Below, one piece after another: positions 37,651-51,066 of a stretch of DNA of 64,000 nt. Within the stretch, counting starts at the first letter, position 1; each line of letters opens with the position of its first letter. Source of the DNA: Phoronis australis (Eukaryota; Animalia; Phoronida). The notes under the pieces were generated by a model, which saw nothing but the letters and a program-made list of their open reading frames with translations, did no database searches and was not told where the DNA came from. The stretch lies in NCBI GenBank assembly GCA_002633005.1, contig NMRA01000125.1, positions 777,566-841,565 on the forward strand, read 5' to 3'. A program made the translations under genes and the position numbers.

Positions 37651-40600
37651 TTTCCGTCGTTATTGCCTCCACCCAGCGAAATAAATGCTGTGTTGAACTC
37701 AAGAAAACTTTGATAGTATGCGAACAGTCACAATCTGAGGAAGACAAAACGTACACAGAATGGGAATGTATTAGTCCAAGGACATATCTGCCAATATTTA
37801 GTGAGTCGTAGAGTGTTGAAGTCAAACTGATGGAGAAAATGACACAAACACATCGCAACAGTTTCTAGATTCTTACTTTTAGTCTTAGGTATGTTAGTCT
37901 TTCGTTTATTCACAAAAATAAGAGAAGAATCGCTTGAATAGGTGTAGCTGGGAAAGATTAAAGAGAATGAGAGTGGTTAAATTAATAAAAGTTAAGACCG
38001 GGGTTCATGACGCACAAATTCCGTGGGTCGTCCGCAGTCGTTTGGCGAGATCCGTTGACCTTGGTGACTAGAGTTGGCCCATTCCGTTCCTAGGACCTCC
38101 CCTCGCCCCTAACGACGATGCTCTTAATCTTTTAATCGGCTAAGTGATAAAAAATTACCGTTATCCAAATGGTGGCATAATTCTGCTATTTACATCGGAG
38201 TGTTTAGGGCTATCACTAGTTAAACCGCGAATAAGTCGCGAACAGTAATAACTTAATCCCCATAAATGAGATTAGACTTGTTCGGATTTCTGTGAAAGCA
38301 TGCTTCAAACACTTGATTGATACTTGAAGTTACGAAATTCGTTTTGTTTTGTTTTTTTTCACGCTTGACACAACAGAAATATCCGGTTTCCTGCCGAATA
38401 CAAAAGTATGAACAAAAACGAAATGGTAAAACAAGTCCTTTTCAGTTCTTTGAGAATTGACGATTGCAAATCATCGATCACATCATTGTCAAGTCTTGTG
38501 TTTAATTGCTTGATTTTCTGAACATTAATGGAAACTAAAATAATTAATACAAAAAGCTTCACAATAATGGAGTGAATTCGTCAATACTGTCTGTTATAGA
38601 TCATTTTTGCATCATAAAAAACAAGAGCAGAGTAGACTGGACTCTGCAATACAACAAAACACTGGCTGCGTGCCCGTATCCTATAAAGTCATCCCATATT
38701 TAGCGTTACCGAATTGGCTTTTACAAGCACTATGATATTGTTGCAGTTTTTGAAAGCTAATCATGTCATTTTTAAGATAAACTCTTTCAGACAAATGATG
38801 TTTTCGCCTTCACTAACTCTCACAAAAAGCTTCTACATAAATCATTGCATGTAGGTATTTAAAGACAAGCAGGTTTTTGCAAAGTTTCGTTCGGCTGTTA
38901 ACGACGCCATCCCCACAGAGGAGCGTTGTTGAATTTTATGTCAGGATGATTACAGAACATGTTCGGAGATTTCATCGAGGAGAAAGCTTTAAGAGGTCTA
39001 TGGAACACCGGAACACCGCTTAAACACCACATCTACGTGTCCTGCGTTCTTTTGGAATATTTCATACTGGTAACTAAGTTCGTGCGTACATCAACATGAA
39101 CGTCTAACTTCGCCATTTGACCTCTTGTTGAATGGATAAAACCCTGTTTCAGAATATTAATCGAGATGTTAACAAAGATCCGATAATTTCAACCTTCGCC
39201 AGTTCAGGTATACTTGGTATAATTAGTTTAACTCTCTTTGCGAAGTCGACTAAATCGGCGAGCGTGACAAACCATAAGTGTAGGGAGTGGAACACCAAGT
39301 CGAGTCACAGCGCCCTCTTTGGTTACAGTGCTGAAGTTTTACCGCATAATATTTTTATGTCCAATTTGAATTGAACTCGTCAAAATCTGAGTGTTTGCAA
39401 TACAGTTAAATTTTGTGATATTCTGCGTATTGATTAATTTCGGTCAAGGCACTGAGTGCAACACGATACTCTAAGTGTGTAACCGGTACACAACACTCGA
39501 GAAGTACATGTAATCACGTTATCCATTTGCTAACATATGTGATAAATGATGATAAACTCTGCGACTGTGTAACCAAAAAGGCAACGAGGATAAGACAGAT
39601 TAGCTCTCAAATCCACTAAGCAATGATAGCCTACATGTAAACAGACAATGAACGTCCAGATTTCAAACGTGTTTTTAATGATCAAATTGCGTCGGCGACA
39701 CGGAAACAGTATGTTGCACGTTATACATGTAGGTCATTATTATACAAGTCTCGACCGCTTGAGACTTGCCAATGATTGCGTGGTAAGATACGAACGCATC
39801 CAGGGTGGCTTAAACCAATGCATGATATGTGTACATCGGTTGCCCTTACCGAATGCCTGCTTGATGAAATGCATTGTGCAAAACAAGTTCATATATGTTG
39901 CAATTTTCGATTTCGCTGCACGATTTCTTTCTCACCTACCAAAATGAATAATCATCTGATTAACTCGTATTTTCGTTCTGTACGTCATGAAAGAGTGCAC
40001 AAACAAATTTCCCCCAACATTGGCTTGCCTTCCACTGAAACTGCCTCCCAAGACGAAAAGCGTAAAATGGCAAACTCCAGTTTTTATTTTTTCTATTTTT
40101 CGTCACTTCATCCAAATTAAAAAACGAGCTGCGTGCCTGTGATAACCCACACGCAGCCACCTCAGGATGAATGACGCTCAGTAGTGACTTTTTTACAAAG
40201 TGGTAAAATTGTAGGGGGCGTGGTCCCTAAAGCTGTCACTATAAGTTACATGTATGTAAATTCACTAACATTGATGGCGACCCCCAGGAGTTACAAAATA
40301 CATGTATGGTCAACGTGCAGTGTAGACGATACATCAAATCGCGGACATCTCGCTACCGTGGACAACGGGCACCAGTCAAATATGGATACTCTGCCTCATA
40401 AAATTTATGAAACTAATACCCAAGTCTGAAAACAAAGAAACGGAGTACGGTGGAGAATAATAGTGTGAGTAAAGAAGGATAGATGGCGCAACGTGTAGCA
40501 TTCGGATTGCCCGGTTAGGATTGCCGAGGAAACCTTAAGAGATGCCAAAGTGGTCTACATCAGTAGCTTGCAGTCTTAGAATGGATGTTTGGAAGTATAC

Positions 40601-41927
40601 GACGGGCGTGAGCAGATCGACCTGGGTCTAAACAATACAAAATATTAAAAAATACGAATGCACTAAATCATTATAATATTAAATCTTTCGCAGCTTTGCT
40701 GATACTCACTACCTACATGTACGTTAACGAAATTCTGTAAACTAAAACGCTTTTTAAATATTCCTATGTCATATCTATAGCAAATATTTGCGGAGTTCAT
40801 CGTTCTCGTTTGGAGTGACAAGAGGCAGAAGAATCAAAAATGACATGTTTGAGCACAACATATAATGAAGTTGCATAACAAGAAAAACGGTTTTTGTGCC
40901 ATGTCACGCTCAATCTTCAAATGCTTCACTTTGCCTGTAATGCAGTTTCATAGGAAACAATCCTTTCATCTTTAGGAAAACACTAACAGGTGACGGAAGT
41001 GGCTTTTCTTAAAATCTCCAAAATATCGCTTAGAATATTTTTATGGAACAAATTCTGGACATAGGGATTATTTTGGGAATTACCGTTCGAATAAGCATTG
41101 CACGTGCGGAGGAAATGGTCATGTGGTCGGTTGTCGCGTGTGTAAGGAGTTCCGTGAAAATCAATCGCTGATAACATCATCTTTGAAAATATGTATCTTT
41201 TTCATATTTAGGGGCCCAGCATTATCAAGACATTCGACCCAAACAACCAAAAATGTGAAAATACAAAAGGATTGACCGCCATCGAAAAGGTAGAATTTTG
41301 AAAAACGGGAAGACCAATATTTGTGAATTACACAAAATAACTATTTCCTATAATTATTTATAAAATAGTGTTACTTCTTTCCCATAGTATCACAAGAATA
41401 GTGTTTCTTTTGAAGATCGTTACTAGGAGTTGTTTGTCAGGAATTCACACATGTCGACTGTAGGGATACGATTTGTGATGACCGTGTACACGTCGAATGG
41501 GGGTACTCAAAGTACTCGCAATCATAAACAGAGAATTCAGCGGGGTTTTTTGGAATCCAATTTTAACTCGTGAACTGTTATAGGTACCTCTAAAATAAGC
41601 AAAAATGCAACTTCATACGAATTTCCTATATCCTATGTTTCCCGGTTACCCGTCAAAAATCTGCGAGCATGCCTGCGGAAATTGTATTTAACCGACATTC
41701 CGTGTTAATAAACAAATTCGTTGGTTTCTGATTTACAGGTTTATATATCTTCGAAAATCGCCATATTCATGGATTAGTTTTGGCATTTAAAAGCTTATCT
41801 TGCAAGAATGTTGACGTTTCACTGAATGTAGTTACAGCCGATCTACAAATAATAAAATACACTTGGACGATTTTTGCCTATCTAAAATAACTCTCAATGA
41901 TATTGATGAAATTCGGATAGTTTCCAT

Positions 41928-41957
41928 GTACATATATACATATACATATACATATAC

Positions 41958-42030
<73 letters not shown>

Positions 42031-42031
42031 C

Positions 42032-42066
<35 letters not shown>

Positions 42067-42073
42067 CATACAC

Positions 42074-42116
<43 letters not shown>

Positions 42117-42117
42117 C

Positions 42118-42150
<33 letters not shown>

Positions 42151-42157
42151 CATACAC

Positions 42158-42190
<33 letters not shown>

Positions 42191-42192
42191 TA
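41928..42192. repeat. (TACATA)n hexanucleotide satellite
   Basis: Read directly; occasional TACACA/CACATA variants. Confidence 0.97.
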
Positions 42193-42560
42193 TTCAAATG
42201 ACAATGAATACATTGCTTTTCGATTTAGGTACGAGATTTGTTGTTTAAACTCACAAATAGAAGATCAAAATGGATTTAAGCCATTAAATTAAAGTAAATG
42301 CATTGCTCATTGAATCGATTGTTGGCTTCTGATTTACATGTACGTCTTCGTGTATCAATGAAAATCGACTTACAGTGTATTGATAAATGATTTTTTGACA
42401 ATTAGAAACAAATTGAAAGAAATGGCGAACTTAGTTGCAAGCTGACATTGGGACATCTCGATCTATCATCAGGTCCCCAAATAGCAAAATACATTAAACG
42501 ATTTTTGTCCATCTGAAATACTGAGTCTCAAGGAATACTGATGAATAGCGAACAGCTCTA

Positions 42561-42969
42561 CAAAGTGTACCAAATTGTTCACACTATTCAAATGGCAATA
42601 AATTGTCTAATGACTTATGAACTAGATTATTGATTTGAAGTCATAAACCGTAGTTCGAAAAAGAAGTCCCCTGAAATAAATGAAAGTAAACTCATTGCTT
42701 ATTGACTTGGGAACTTTGTCTTTGCACTTCCTTAATGTTTTTAGTTTCCAGTAGAATTGAGCAATGAAGTTTTGTTCTTCAGCATTGAATCTTTGGCTTG
42801 CCATCATTCCCATGCATGCGACACAGACGGAACGCGTCATGACTGATGCACCCATGTTAAAAAGAAGGTGCTACCATGCAGTAGGCCCGCGCAAAATCTA
42901 AGTGATCCACGGGAGCTGAATTTGAACTCCAAGCGTTGAAGTGTGTACACTTTGGGACACACTACACTG
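42561..42969 (-). mobile_element. Internally deleted Tc1/mariner-superfamily element
   Basis: TA|CAAAGTGTACCAAATTGTTCACAC ... GTGTGTACACTTTGGGACACAC..CTG|TA. The minus strand reads MASQRFNAEEQNFIAQFYW, then after a frameshift TKNIKEVQRQ, resembling the N-terminal HTH of IS630-Tc1-mariner transposases. Confidence 0.65.
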
Positions 42970-44198
42970 TATGTATCATTTTCCCCAGCCACCAGCAATT
43001 GGACTACCGGCCGCGTTTCAAAAAGGGAATTTGAAACAGCCCCTAAGGCACTATACTAGGGACCTCGATTTTTCACCTTTCCAAAAAATTCCTTCAAAGA
43101 ATGCCCATAATAAAACGAACTTTCCCCGTAACTGCGTTATAATAAAACGAATCTTGACCTTAGAGCCAGCGCAGATAGGTGCGAGCTAAGCTGCCTGTCT
43201 CAAGTGAATCATAGCTGAGCTGTAGTTCATCGAATTTCGTTTTTTACACTGTTAGACCTCAGCTACAATCACTTGAGACAGCTCCCAGCTGTATACTCGT
43301 CAGTGCGCTGGCCCTGGGCCCATTCTCACTCTCTGTCAAAGTTTGTTGGTTCACGGGGTTCTCATATCCCTGCTGATGGGTGCACCACCGGGATTACTCC
43401 CCCACCTATGGCGGACGTGGGGGGTTCGGTGCAAATATGGCGGCATCCGAAAAACGGGGGAGGGGTCAAAGGTAGTGGCGATAGGAATTAGGGGGGGGGA
43501 TAGTTTGGCGAAGTCGCGTTTGGTTTGTGCCCCCCCCCCAATAATTTTGCCTTCCTACAGGCTTGTTTATTGATTAGTTCACTATTTGCAACAAACAGTA
43601 TCAAAATATGATCAGAATTCTATAACTGAAGTTGAACGTGAAATCGCGAAAACGATGCTTTATTTTTTCCAAATTAACATTTCGTTTCATGCAAGTTGCG
43701 ATGTGTTTCTATAAATCGAAAATTCATATATTTTGATACAAGCTCAGTCTTCCTGGCTTGTGTACTGTCTCGGGAACCCCACAATCCAGTCAATATACTT
43801 CGAGTCGCCTGTCATAGGAAATGAGTCAAGTTTAACCCTGGAGAGACACTTTACACGGCTCGTTTTCAAAATATTTTCGGACATAAACGAAAAAATTAGG
43901 AAGTTTTTAAAATGCAAGTTATCCACTCGCACAGTCTACCACTGGGTTGTAACATAACTCACTGAGGTGAACGATACTAACTTGTACTCTGGAAATCCTT
44001 CCAGCGTCACCATTTATTGCAACATACCAGCAAAAGACCTTATAAAAATAATTGCAGGCGGTCTGATATACGTTGTACCAGACGTGCGCAGGCCTCACAT
44101 GTGGGCCCATTGCACTGATCACCTGGAAATATTTTTATGCTTTATTAATATATGGTTAAAACTGAGCTGAGGAGCTAGAAACCTGGCTGAAGGGTTTA

Positions 44199-44280
44199 GC
44201 AGTGTGACCTGGTGGGACTTGAACCCACGACCTCGAGTAAAGAAAGCGGGCACTTATCAACCAGGTCACACTGCCTCCTC
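44199..44280 (-). mobile_element. tRNA-derived SINE head (Pol III A and B boxes)
   Basis: Minus strand GGAGGCAGTGTGACCTGGTTGATAAGTGCCCGC...GAGGTCGTGGGTTCAAGTCCCACC has an A-box-like segment and the B box GGTTCAAGTCC. There is no proper cloverleaf, so it is not called a tRNA. Confidence 0.65.
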
Positions 44281-45284
44281 AAAAAGACCTTCTTACAATA
44301 AACAACACTTAAAATCAGAAAGTACTTGATTCGTACCTCGTTCCGTTCTACAAACTTCATTAGACAAATCCTAAAGAAAAACCGACACTTTTTCAACATA
44401 GAGAGCCAGAAAATTTGAAGTTTCGAATTTTTGCCAGTCAGCACCAACAACATGGCTGCCGAGACGAGCTCAAAAACCAATTTCATGACGGAAGAAAAGC
44501 GAGATATTCAGATCAAAATTTGTTCAATTTAAGACCGAAAATCGGGCTAAGTTAAGATCGAAAACGAAAATGCAGAAAACATTGTTTCAATGTCCACAAA
44601 GTCTACGGTCTTAACATACATGTACTTAGAAACAAATCGTGATCACAAAGAAATAAATATAGCTTATTGGGTCGGATCATATATAAACTACATGTACGCT
44701 TTCGCCACCAGAACTCAGCGAGGCGGGGTATGAAACACGATTTCAATAATAATCTTGTTCTTGAAATTCTAAATGTGGATATATTTGCAACATTTTGGAT
44801 ACGATTGGGATCTCGTTCACATGAGAAGACCCTGGCTTGGCTGCAAAAAACATGTCACATGTGAAGTCAAGTCGACGTTTTGCTGTAAACACACTGCATT
44901 GTTTCAAGAAGTCTACGGTGCTTTGGTGCCGGTTATAGAATTCAAAGCAGACGATCTTCAACTTGACATTATTAAAAGACATTTGATTGTGAAAAATATC
45001 CACGAATTATTTTCGAGAGTTTCAGTACTGATAATCGTTGTGTTGGTCATTTGAATCAAAAGTCTAATCAGCTGGCTGCCGGCTATCACTCTTAGCTTAA
45101 ACCGATTTTGGTCTCAAGAAATTTCATGAAGCGCGGCAGCTAAGACATTTTGGCCTTAAGTTGGGACGATTTCGGTCTAAGTTAAGACAGAGTGAAACGG
45201 GCCCAGGGATGCAAGTTTTATAATATTCCTGTTTCGGTGAGAAATTCCTTCTGGTGTTGCAAAATGGTCATGAACTGATATAAC

Positions 45285-45665
45285 CAGTGGCGGATTTAGG
45301 GGGAGGGGGGGCCAAGGGGCCATGCCCCTTTAAAATTCTGACAGTTGCCATTTGGCAGTTCGGGTGTGAATTGCTGACTAGCACATGCGCNNNNNNNNNN
45401 NNNNNNNNNNNNNNNNNNNNNNNNNNNNNNNNNNNNNNNNNNNNNNNNNNNNNNNNNNNNNNNNNNNNNNNNNNNNNNNNNNNNNNNNNNNNNNNNNNNN
45501 NNNNNNNNNNNNNNNNNNNNNTTTTTTTTCTTGTCAAAAGGCCCGCAAACCCAAAAATTCGAGACCGCTGCATCCCTAAATTTTAGGCTGGGCGCGCGCA
45601 AGCCGAAATTCTGGTTATTGCTGTGCCCTGTCCCCTCATAACTCAAAATCCTGGATCCGCCCCTG
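45285..45665 (+). mobile_element. hAT5-like MITE, composite copy (5-bp TSD ATAAC), spanning an assembly gap
   Basis: TIRs CAGTGGCGGAT / ATCCGCCCCTG, with ATAAC on both sides. The N-run at 45391-45521 lies inside the nested insert. Confidence 0.82.
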
Positions 45666-46810
45666 ATAACGAAGATAGAATATTGAGACGTTTGGGTATG
45701 AATACGGAATGATGAGTAGGTGCTGCAATGAACCAAATCATAGTAACTTCATAAGTTTTATTGAACAAGATTAAACTACCAAACATGGCAGGCATGATAT
45801 GAAGCAAGAAGTCAAGTGGCGACATCGACATTATTCAGTAGCACATAGTGCTTACAGAAGCGCTATTGCCTGGCATATAATATAGACGCCAAGACAGCCG
45901 ATTGTTTGAGCACGTGTACAAAGTACATGCACTGCAAATTGTATACTATACTAACATAAGTCGGAGTGTACTTGTAGTAGCATAAAACATGTTTGGTCTT
46001 ATGCGCGGCGTAATCCAAGAATTTATAATTCTCTGCTTCCGTGAGAATATGTGAAAGGTACAGTGTATCGTAGTCAAACAAACCGGCTTTTTGTAGCTCT
46101 AGCATAATATAACGTAACTTAGTTACTACAATTCTCCCGGCACCTTGCGCTCAAACTGGTCGCCTTGTCTACCGAAAGGTGGAGCGCCGAATGCACCTTA
46201 TCGGTGCAGCGCTTTCATTCTAACAACAATGTTATAAAGCTTGTAGAAGGCCCTGTCACGCCAAACTTGTTCTCAGGACTCATGAGCCCGTCTTAAGAAA
46301 TTCATTGATGAAACGAGATTGAAATGGGGAACTTCGAATCAAAATCGTACTGAGAGACTGAGAGCTGGAGTGACAGAACAGCGGAGCCTTAGAAGTGCTC
46401 AAAGGAAAGCATCATACGAAACAAATTTGAATATCCATGTTCTAGCATTAGTGTAAGGATTTAAACCAGGATTTGTAACTCGACGGAAATTCAAGCCTCG
46501 TTCACACCACGGTGTAAGCGCACAGTCCATTGAATATTTATACGCTGTAGCATATGGACTATACGCAGACTTGAGCAACTCTTGAATCAATCTAAGCTAC
46601 AGTGAGTTTGGCATACATAACTCGCCCAATCGTGGATGGATTCTATTCGGAATAATACGATCATTGGAAATTAAATTCCAAAAATAAAAAGTAGATATTC
46701 AGCGTATTAAATTGAAAAGATTAGCTGGCAATAAATCAAAGTTTACAGCCAAAAGGCGAGACGAAAACGTTTGACAATACTTCATAGAAATTTCAGGACA
46801 TACCACGGTC

Positions 46811-46925
46811 AAATAAATTATCAAATAAATTACACAATAAATATACAATTAATTCAAACATTTCAAATGAACAAATAAATACAGAAAATAAATAAATTAA
46901 CAAATAAATAAATAAATTAATAAAT
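46811..46925 (-). promoter_or_regulatory. AU-rich element (ARE) cluster in the 3' UTR of the secreted-protein gene
   Basis: About ten ATTTA pentamers on the minus strand, including overlapping TTATTTATTTATT, 190-300 nt after the stop codon. A candidate AATAAA lies near 45760. Confidence 0.6.
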
Positions 46926-47110
46926 TAATTTAACATTTCAAATGCAAAAATACTCGTCAGCAGCAGAATGACTACATGTGAATTCTCAGTGATATTGTGA
47001 TATCAAAGAGATGCTCACATTTTAATATCAGATGACAGCAGGTTGATACTTGGGAATGCATAGATCGGATGGAATCCAGTCGGCGAGCAATCAGACACTC
47101 GCAGAGACAT

Positions 47111-47257
47111 CTATGGCTGATCAGCCAACAAAGATTGGTTGGCCTCTGCCAACACGCATCGAAGCCAATATAGATGAGCCAAGTGAAATAGAGCCCGATC
47201 CATTTTGTCAGCCAATACCCTCGTGGAAGCGGTAAAGTCAACGGCAGGGAAGCCAAG
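47111..47257 (-). CDS. Orphan secreted helical-cytokine-like protein, exon 5 (last)
   Basis: Branch-like CTAAT and acceptor ttgttttttccag|CTT, phase 0. Translates LGFPAVDFTASTRVLADKMDRALFHLAHLYWLRCVLAEANQSLLADQP*. Confidence 0.75.
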   Translation of the reverse strand, partial: LGFPAVDFTASTRVLADKMDRALFHLAHLYWLRCVLAEANQSLLADQP

Positions 47258-47557
47258 CTGGAAAAAACAATGGATGTCCATTAGAGCTCTCTTCGTGTCC
47301 GCTTACTGTAACTTAACTAACGAAGAACCTGAAGGTTTGGAAAACTTGTGCATTCTAATAATAGAGTTATGAGGTCCCTGCTTTTTCCTTGTGAGAATTC
47401 TAAATACTTGAACAAAACATACCGGAATTTGTGAAATGTTTTCACAAATAATCGTAAAGCATCAACATTAGTAATATTCAAAAGCCAGACTATTGCAGCT
47501 GATTCTATCCGAAAATTCTGTTAGCATAAACCTATATGACTGACAATCACCAGTTAC

Positions 47558-47635
47558 CCGATTCCTCAAGGTAGGTTTTAAGTTTTGACAATTTGCAGAC
47601 GCGTTACCAAATTGGTTACTAAAAGTGCTACCAGC
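47558..47635 (-). CDS. Orphan secreted helical-cytokine-like protein, exon 4
   Basis: Acceptor catgttctag|GCT, donor CGG|gtaact. 78 nt, phase 0-0, open: AGSTFSNQFGNASANCQNLKPTLRNR. Supplies an amphipathic helix and a sixth mature Cys. The splice sites are weaker, and skipping this exon would keep the frame. Confidence 0.6.
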
Positions 47636-47749
47636 CTAGAACATGGTTACAAGTAATAATTCTGGACAATAGATGTCGCTTGGAACACGACGTTGCGCAA
47701 TAAGACGGGCTATCACACAGGTATACACACGCAACATCAATATGCTCAC

Positions 47750-47965
47750 CTCGTCTACGTATTCGCCAAAAATCAACCCCAGATTCTTCAAATGTACGAT
47801 TTCACAGTACAATTCATGTTTTTCTGAGGTACTGTCGCTGCTACAGACGTGCGCCGTCTTGCACGATTCGTCTGTCCCCAAATAATAACAGGGCTCCAGG
47901 GTGTCCACGCGGGACGAAGAGACGTCGAAAAGCTTGGCGGCACCGTGAGCGTACGACACAGCATG
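47750..47965 (-). CDS. Orphan secreted helical-cytokine-like protein, exon 3
   Basis: Acceptor tttgtgtttatacag|CAT, donor GAG|gtgagc. 216 nt, phase 0-0: HAVSYAHG...EPCYYLGTDESCKTAHVCSSDSTSEKHELYCEIVHLKNLGLIFGEYVDE. Confidence 0.8.
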
Positions 47966-50900
47966 CTGTATAAACACAAATGGCATATTGAATTATTTAA
48001 GGTGAAAAGCAGACACATGTTACATTTAACTTCCCGAGAAAATTAAATCGGCATACCACATTCCATCGAAGACTGACACATACGATGTTTGCTGATCACC
48101 AAAAAAAAACAACAAGAAACTAGGCACGTTGAACTTCCTTTAATTTCAACCTGAGTGGCATTTTGGTGAAATTTAGCGGTTGTTTGCTGCGAAGTATTAA
48201 ATCATTCTAATGATACATTGTCATGATATGTTGATTTCATCAGCACTCCGAAACCGGCTTTCGCCTCAGTTGTCTCACATTTCCGTTCTCAGTGCGTTCA
48301 TGCATCAGCAGATCGCTAACTATTCGGAAGTGACTCTTCCTTTCTTTACTAAAATAAAGCAGGGAACCATGTCGCCCCACATCATGGCCAAAAAGGCATT
48401 CTAGCAACAGGAGAACAACTCGACACTAAGCCCGTACATAAGAACTGGTGCCTGTATTCAGTAAACGTGGCCTGGATATAGAAAATTCCCAGTTAAAAGA
48501 CAACTAACGCAATAAGAAGAATATACTGTAGTGCACAATTCGGAATCAGTCCTTACCGTTGTTGTGTTGAACTTCGGAACTGCAGGAAGTTCTGGGAAGT
48601 ACCTACGTAGCGTCATATTGGCTAGGTTTGAGCAACTTTTCTGCCAAGGTTCGTAGAATTCTGGATATTTCGCACACTGAAACGAAACGAATTGTATCCG
48701 TCATTAGCAGACGATTTCAGGTAAGGGAACTGTCACACCAACCATAGATAGTGCACTTAATACCGTGTCTCAGTCGATAACTAAAAAACACGAGTGAGAG
48801 CGTTCTGCACTGCGTCTAAGGGGTCCAGTCACACCGGAGTACGGTACTCACTACTTGACACTAGAGAGCCCGTAGAACTCCCGGCGTTAACGATTTCTCA
48901 TTCTGTTTTGGTTAAAATCGTCTGATTTTTGACATAACGGATTGAAAACCTACACAACTGAAATTGTCACTAGAGGCAGCCGAGGAATTGCAACCACTTG
49001 TTGAAACAGAAACTGTTTACTTATGGTTGGTACTTGACCCATTAAGTGACAAAAAGGTGGAACACTCCAATTTTCTCCAGTGTCTTATTTGGCTCTGTGA
49101 GCACCGAGATAATAATTTGTGTGGGATACTTTCGGATGATAAACCCCGATTAGAGGAAATTGTTTTGTCGCAACTGTGGCATTTGTCGTTATTTTTCAAA
49201 TTGGCTCATCGGAAGTGTATTGAGAGGAGTCACAGAGAATTTTCATTCTTGATATTTTGTCCAATTTATGATATGTGTAGCTGTGTGTAGCCACACGTTG
49301 ATTACTCCGGCCTAACCCGTGAGTCATAAGGGGATTCCGCGCTAACGGGTTAACCATAACTCAACGACTATTGGCCAATGCAATTCAGTACATGATTGAC
49401 AGTTATGAATGTACAAGGCGCAATTTTCCCGCGGTAGAAACAACAACTCACTGTGACAGTATTCGCTTGACAATTTCCCCTCAAACTCACTGGATCCAAG
49501 CATTAAGACGTTCCACTCAGACTCGTGGTCCCAACTAGAGACTATTCCCTCATACAGTCAACCACAACGACAGAAAACCGAGAGCGATACACGTTTTTTT
49601 AGAGCTTCGACAGCCGTACTCTGGCGACCCACGCCAACATAGCCGTGGAGGTTGTATTATCTTACATTGACACGTGCTTTGACGAATTATTATGATTATG
49701 TGAAGGCAAACACATTTTATTATACCCACACCAGTTGTTCACTGGCAATTCATTTTAACCTTATTCACTGACTATAACGGCGTCTAATTGTGAGCGGTGC
49801 AGGACTCGTGGAAATGGGGGGAGGTATTGTAACTGACGTCAGTGGCTGGTGCTTCGTTTATTCACAATTTAGTACATTGAGACAATAACCATCGTGTTTA
49901 ATTACCGACAGAGTGTGAGTGAGTAATCGTTGAATTGTTTATTTTTCTCATTGTTGTAGGTCTCATAATATTGACGTTATTCCCCAAAACTCATCAGTGA
50001 TAATGAACGTCAATTAGTCCATATTAAATGACTGCGAGGCTGGGAACTCCCTCCGTATGTCTGACGTGGAAGGAAGTCGGCATTGTTTATTTTTACTTCC
50101 GACTCTGAGTCTGTCGTTGCAGCGGCGTGTAATTGAAGTGGTTACTGTGACGTAACTAAAACGGGGATTCCGCTGGTGAAGATGACGGGATTTCCGGCGC
50201 TTTCAGTAGGACAGACCGAATGAATGCCAAAGTGTGCGCTGAGGAATGCGTGTTTCTCGCTGCGTTTCACGGGTAGGCCGGTGGGGACCAGGGAGATGGC
50301 GGGCCACATTGAGGTAATTTCGAATATTGCCGAACTATAAAAACGCCGTTCAACTGAATCACGACAATGCTTTAATCTAAATAGGAAATTTCGGTAAAAC
50401 CATTCTCTAATAAATGTTTCCTGTGCCTGAAGTGTTACTCAGTGCGATACAGTAACGTTTGTTTTAATAATAAACGAAATTATGATTCCAAGGAAATGAA
50501 TTGCGTGACATTAGAATGAGTGATTGTTTGCTTTTTATTGACATTCACCTTTTACGAAATGCTTGAGACACCTGTCGGTGAAGCCAAATCGGAATGTCTT
50601 CTCTTTAGAGCAGTTTTTAGAGCACGAAAAGCCACGCGGCCCATCCTTGCAAACATCCCCGAGACAATGTAGTCTCTTTCCGCTTACATTTACACAAACC
50701 TTATAATCTCGGTGGATTTATTAAAGATAAACAACCGCTATCATTAATTTATCGTGTCATAAGGTTGATAACACTCGAGTGGAAATACTGCAATTTTAAC
50801 ATAGTTTGAGGCAGTCAGGATCGGAATAAAAACAAACAAGATTGTTCTGGTGGCGCTGCGTTTAAGTTCGTGAAACTAAATTGACATTATTTGCGAATTG

Positions 50901-51066
50901 GAAAAAGACGACTCTGCGAATGGTTCTGCTGCCGTGGACACATAAAATGTTTCGAAAAATTTCATCGCGGCTTGTGGAAAGCTACCGCAATCACTACGTG
51001 CCATAATCCGATTCGATTTTATACATTAAACGTGCAAACAGTACTGATCAAAATGAATTCACTTAC

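Noticed and set aside
37488-37811. Poly-histidine ORF
   Set aside because: Translation of the (CAT)n microsatellite.
41832-42213. YT/YV/CI/MY dipeptide-repeat ORFs
   Set aside because: Translations of the (TACATA)n satellite.
44199-44280. Possible functional tRNA gene
   Set aside because: A and B boxes are present, but the D, anticodon and acceptor stems do not form a valid cloverleaf.
44525-45207. Possible Harbinger-like element ending TGAAACGGGCCCAG
   Set aside because: Only partial subterminal inverted similarity; the left terminus and TSD were not found, and there is no recognisable transposase.
46972-47256. Track ORFs 46972-47256 (-) and 47050-47235 (+)
   Set aside because: Wrong frame or strand. 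The splice-supported reading frame starts at 47257 and stops at 47111.
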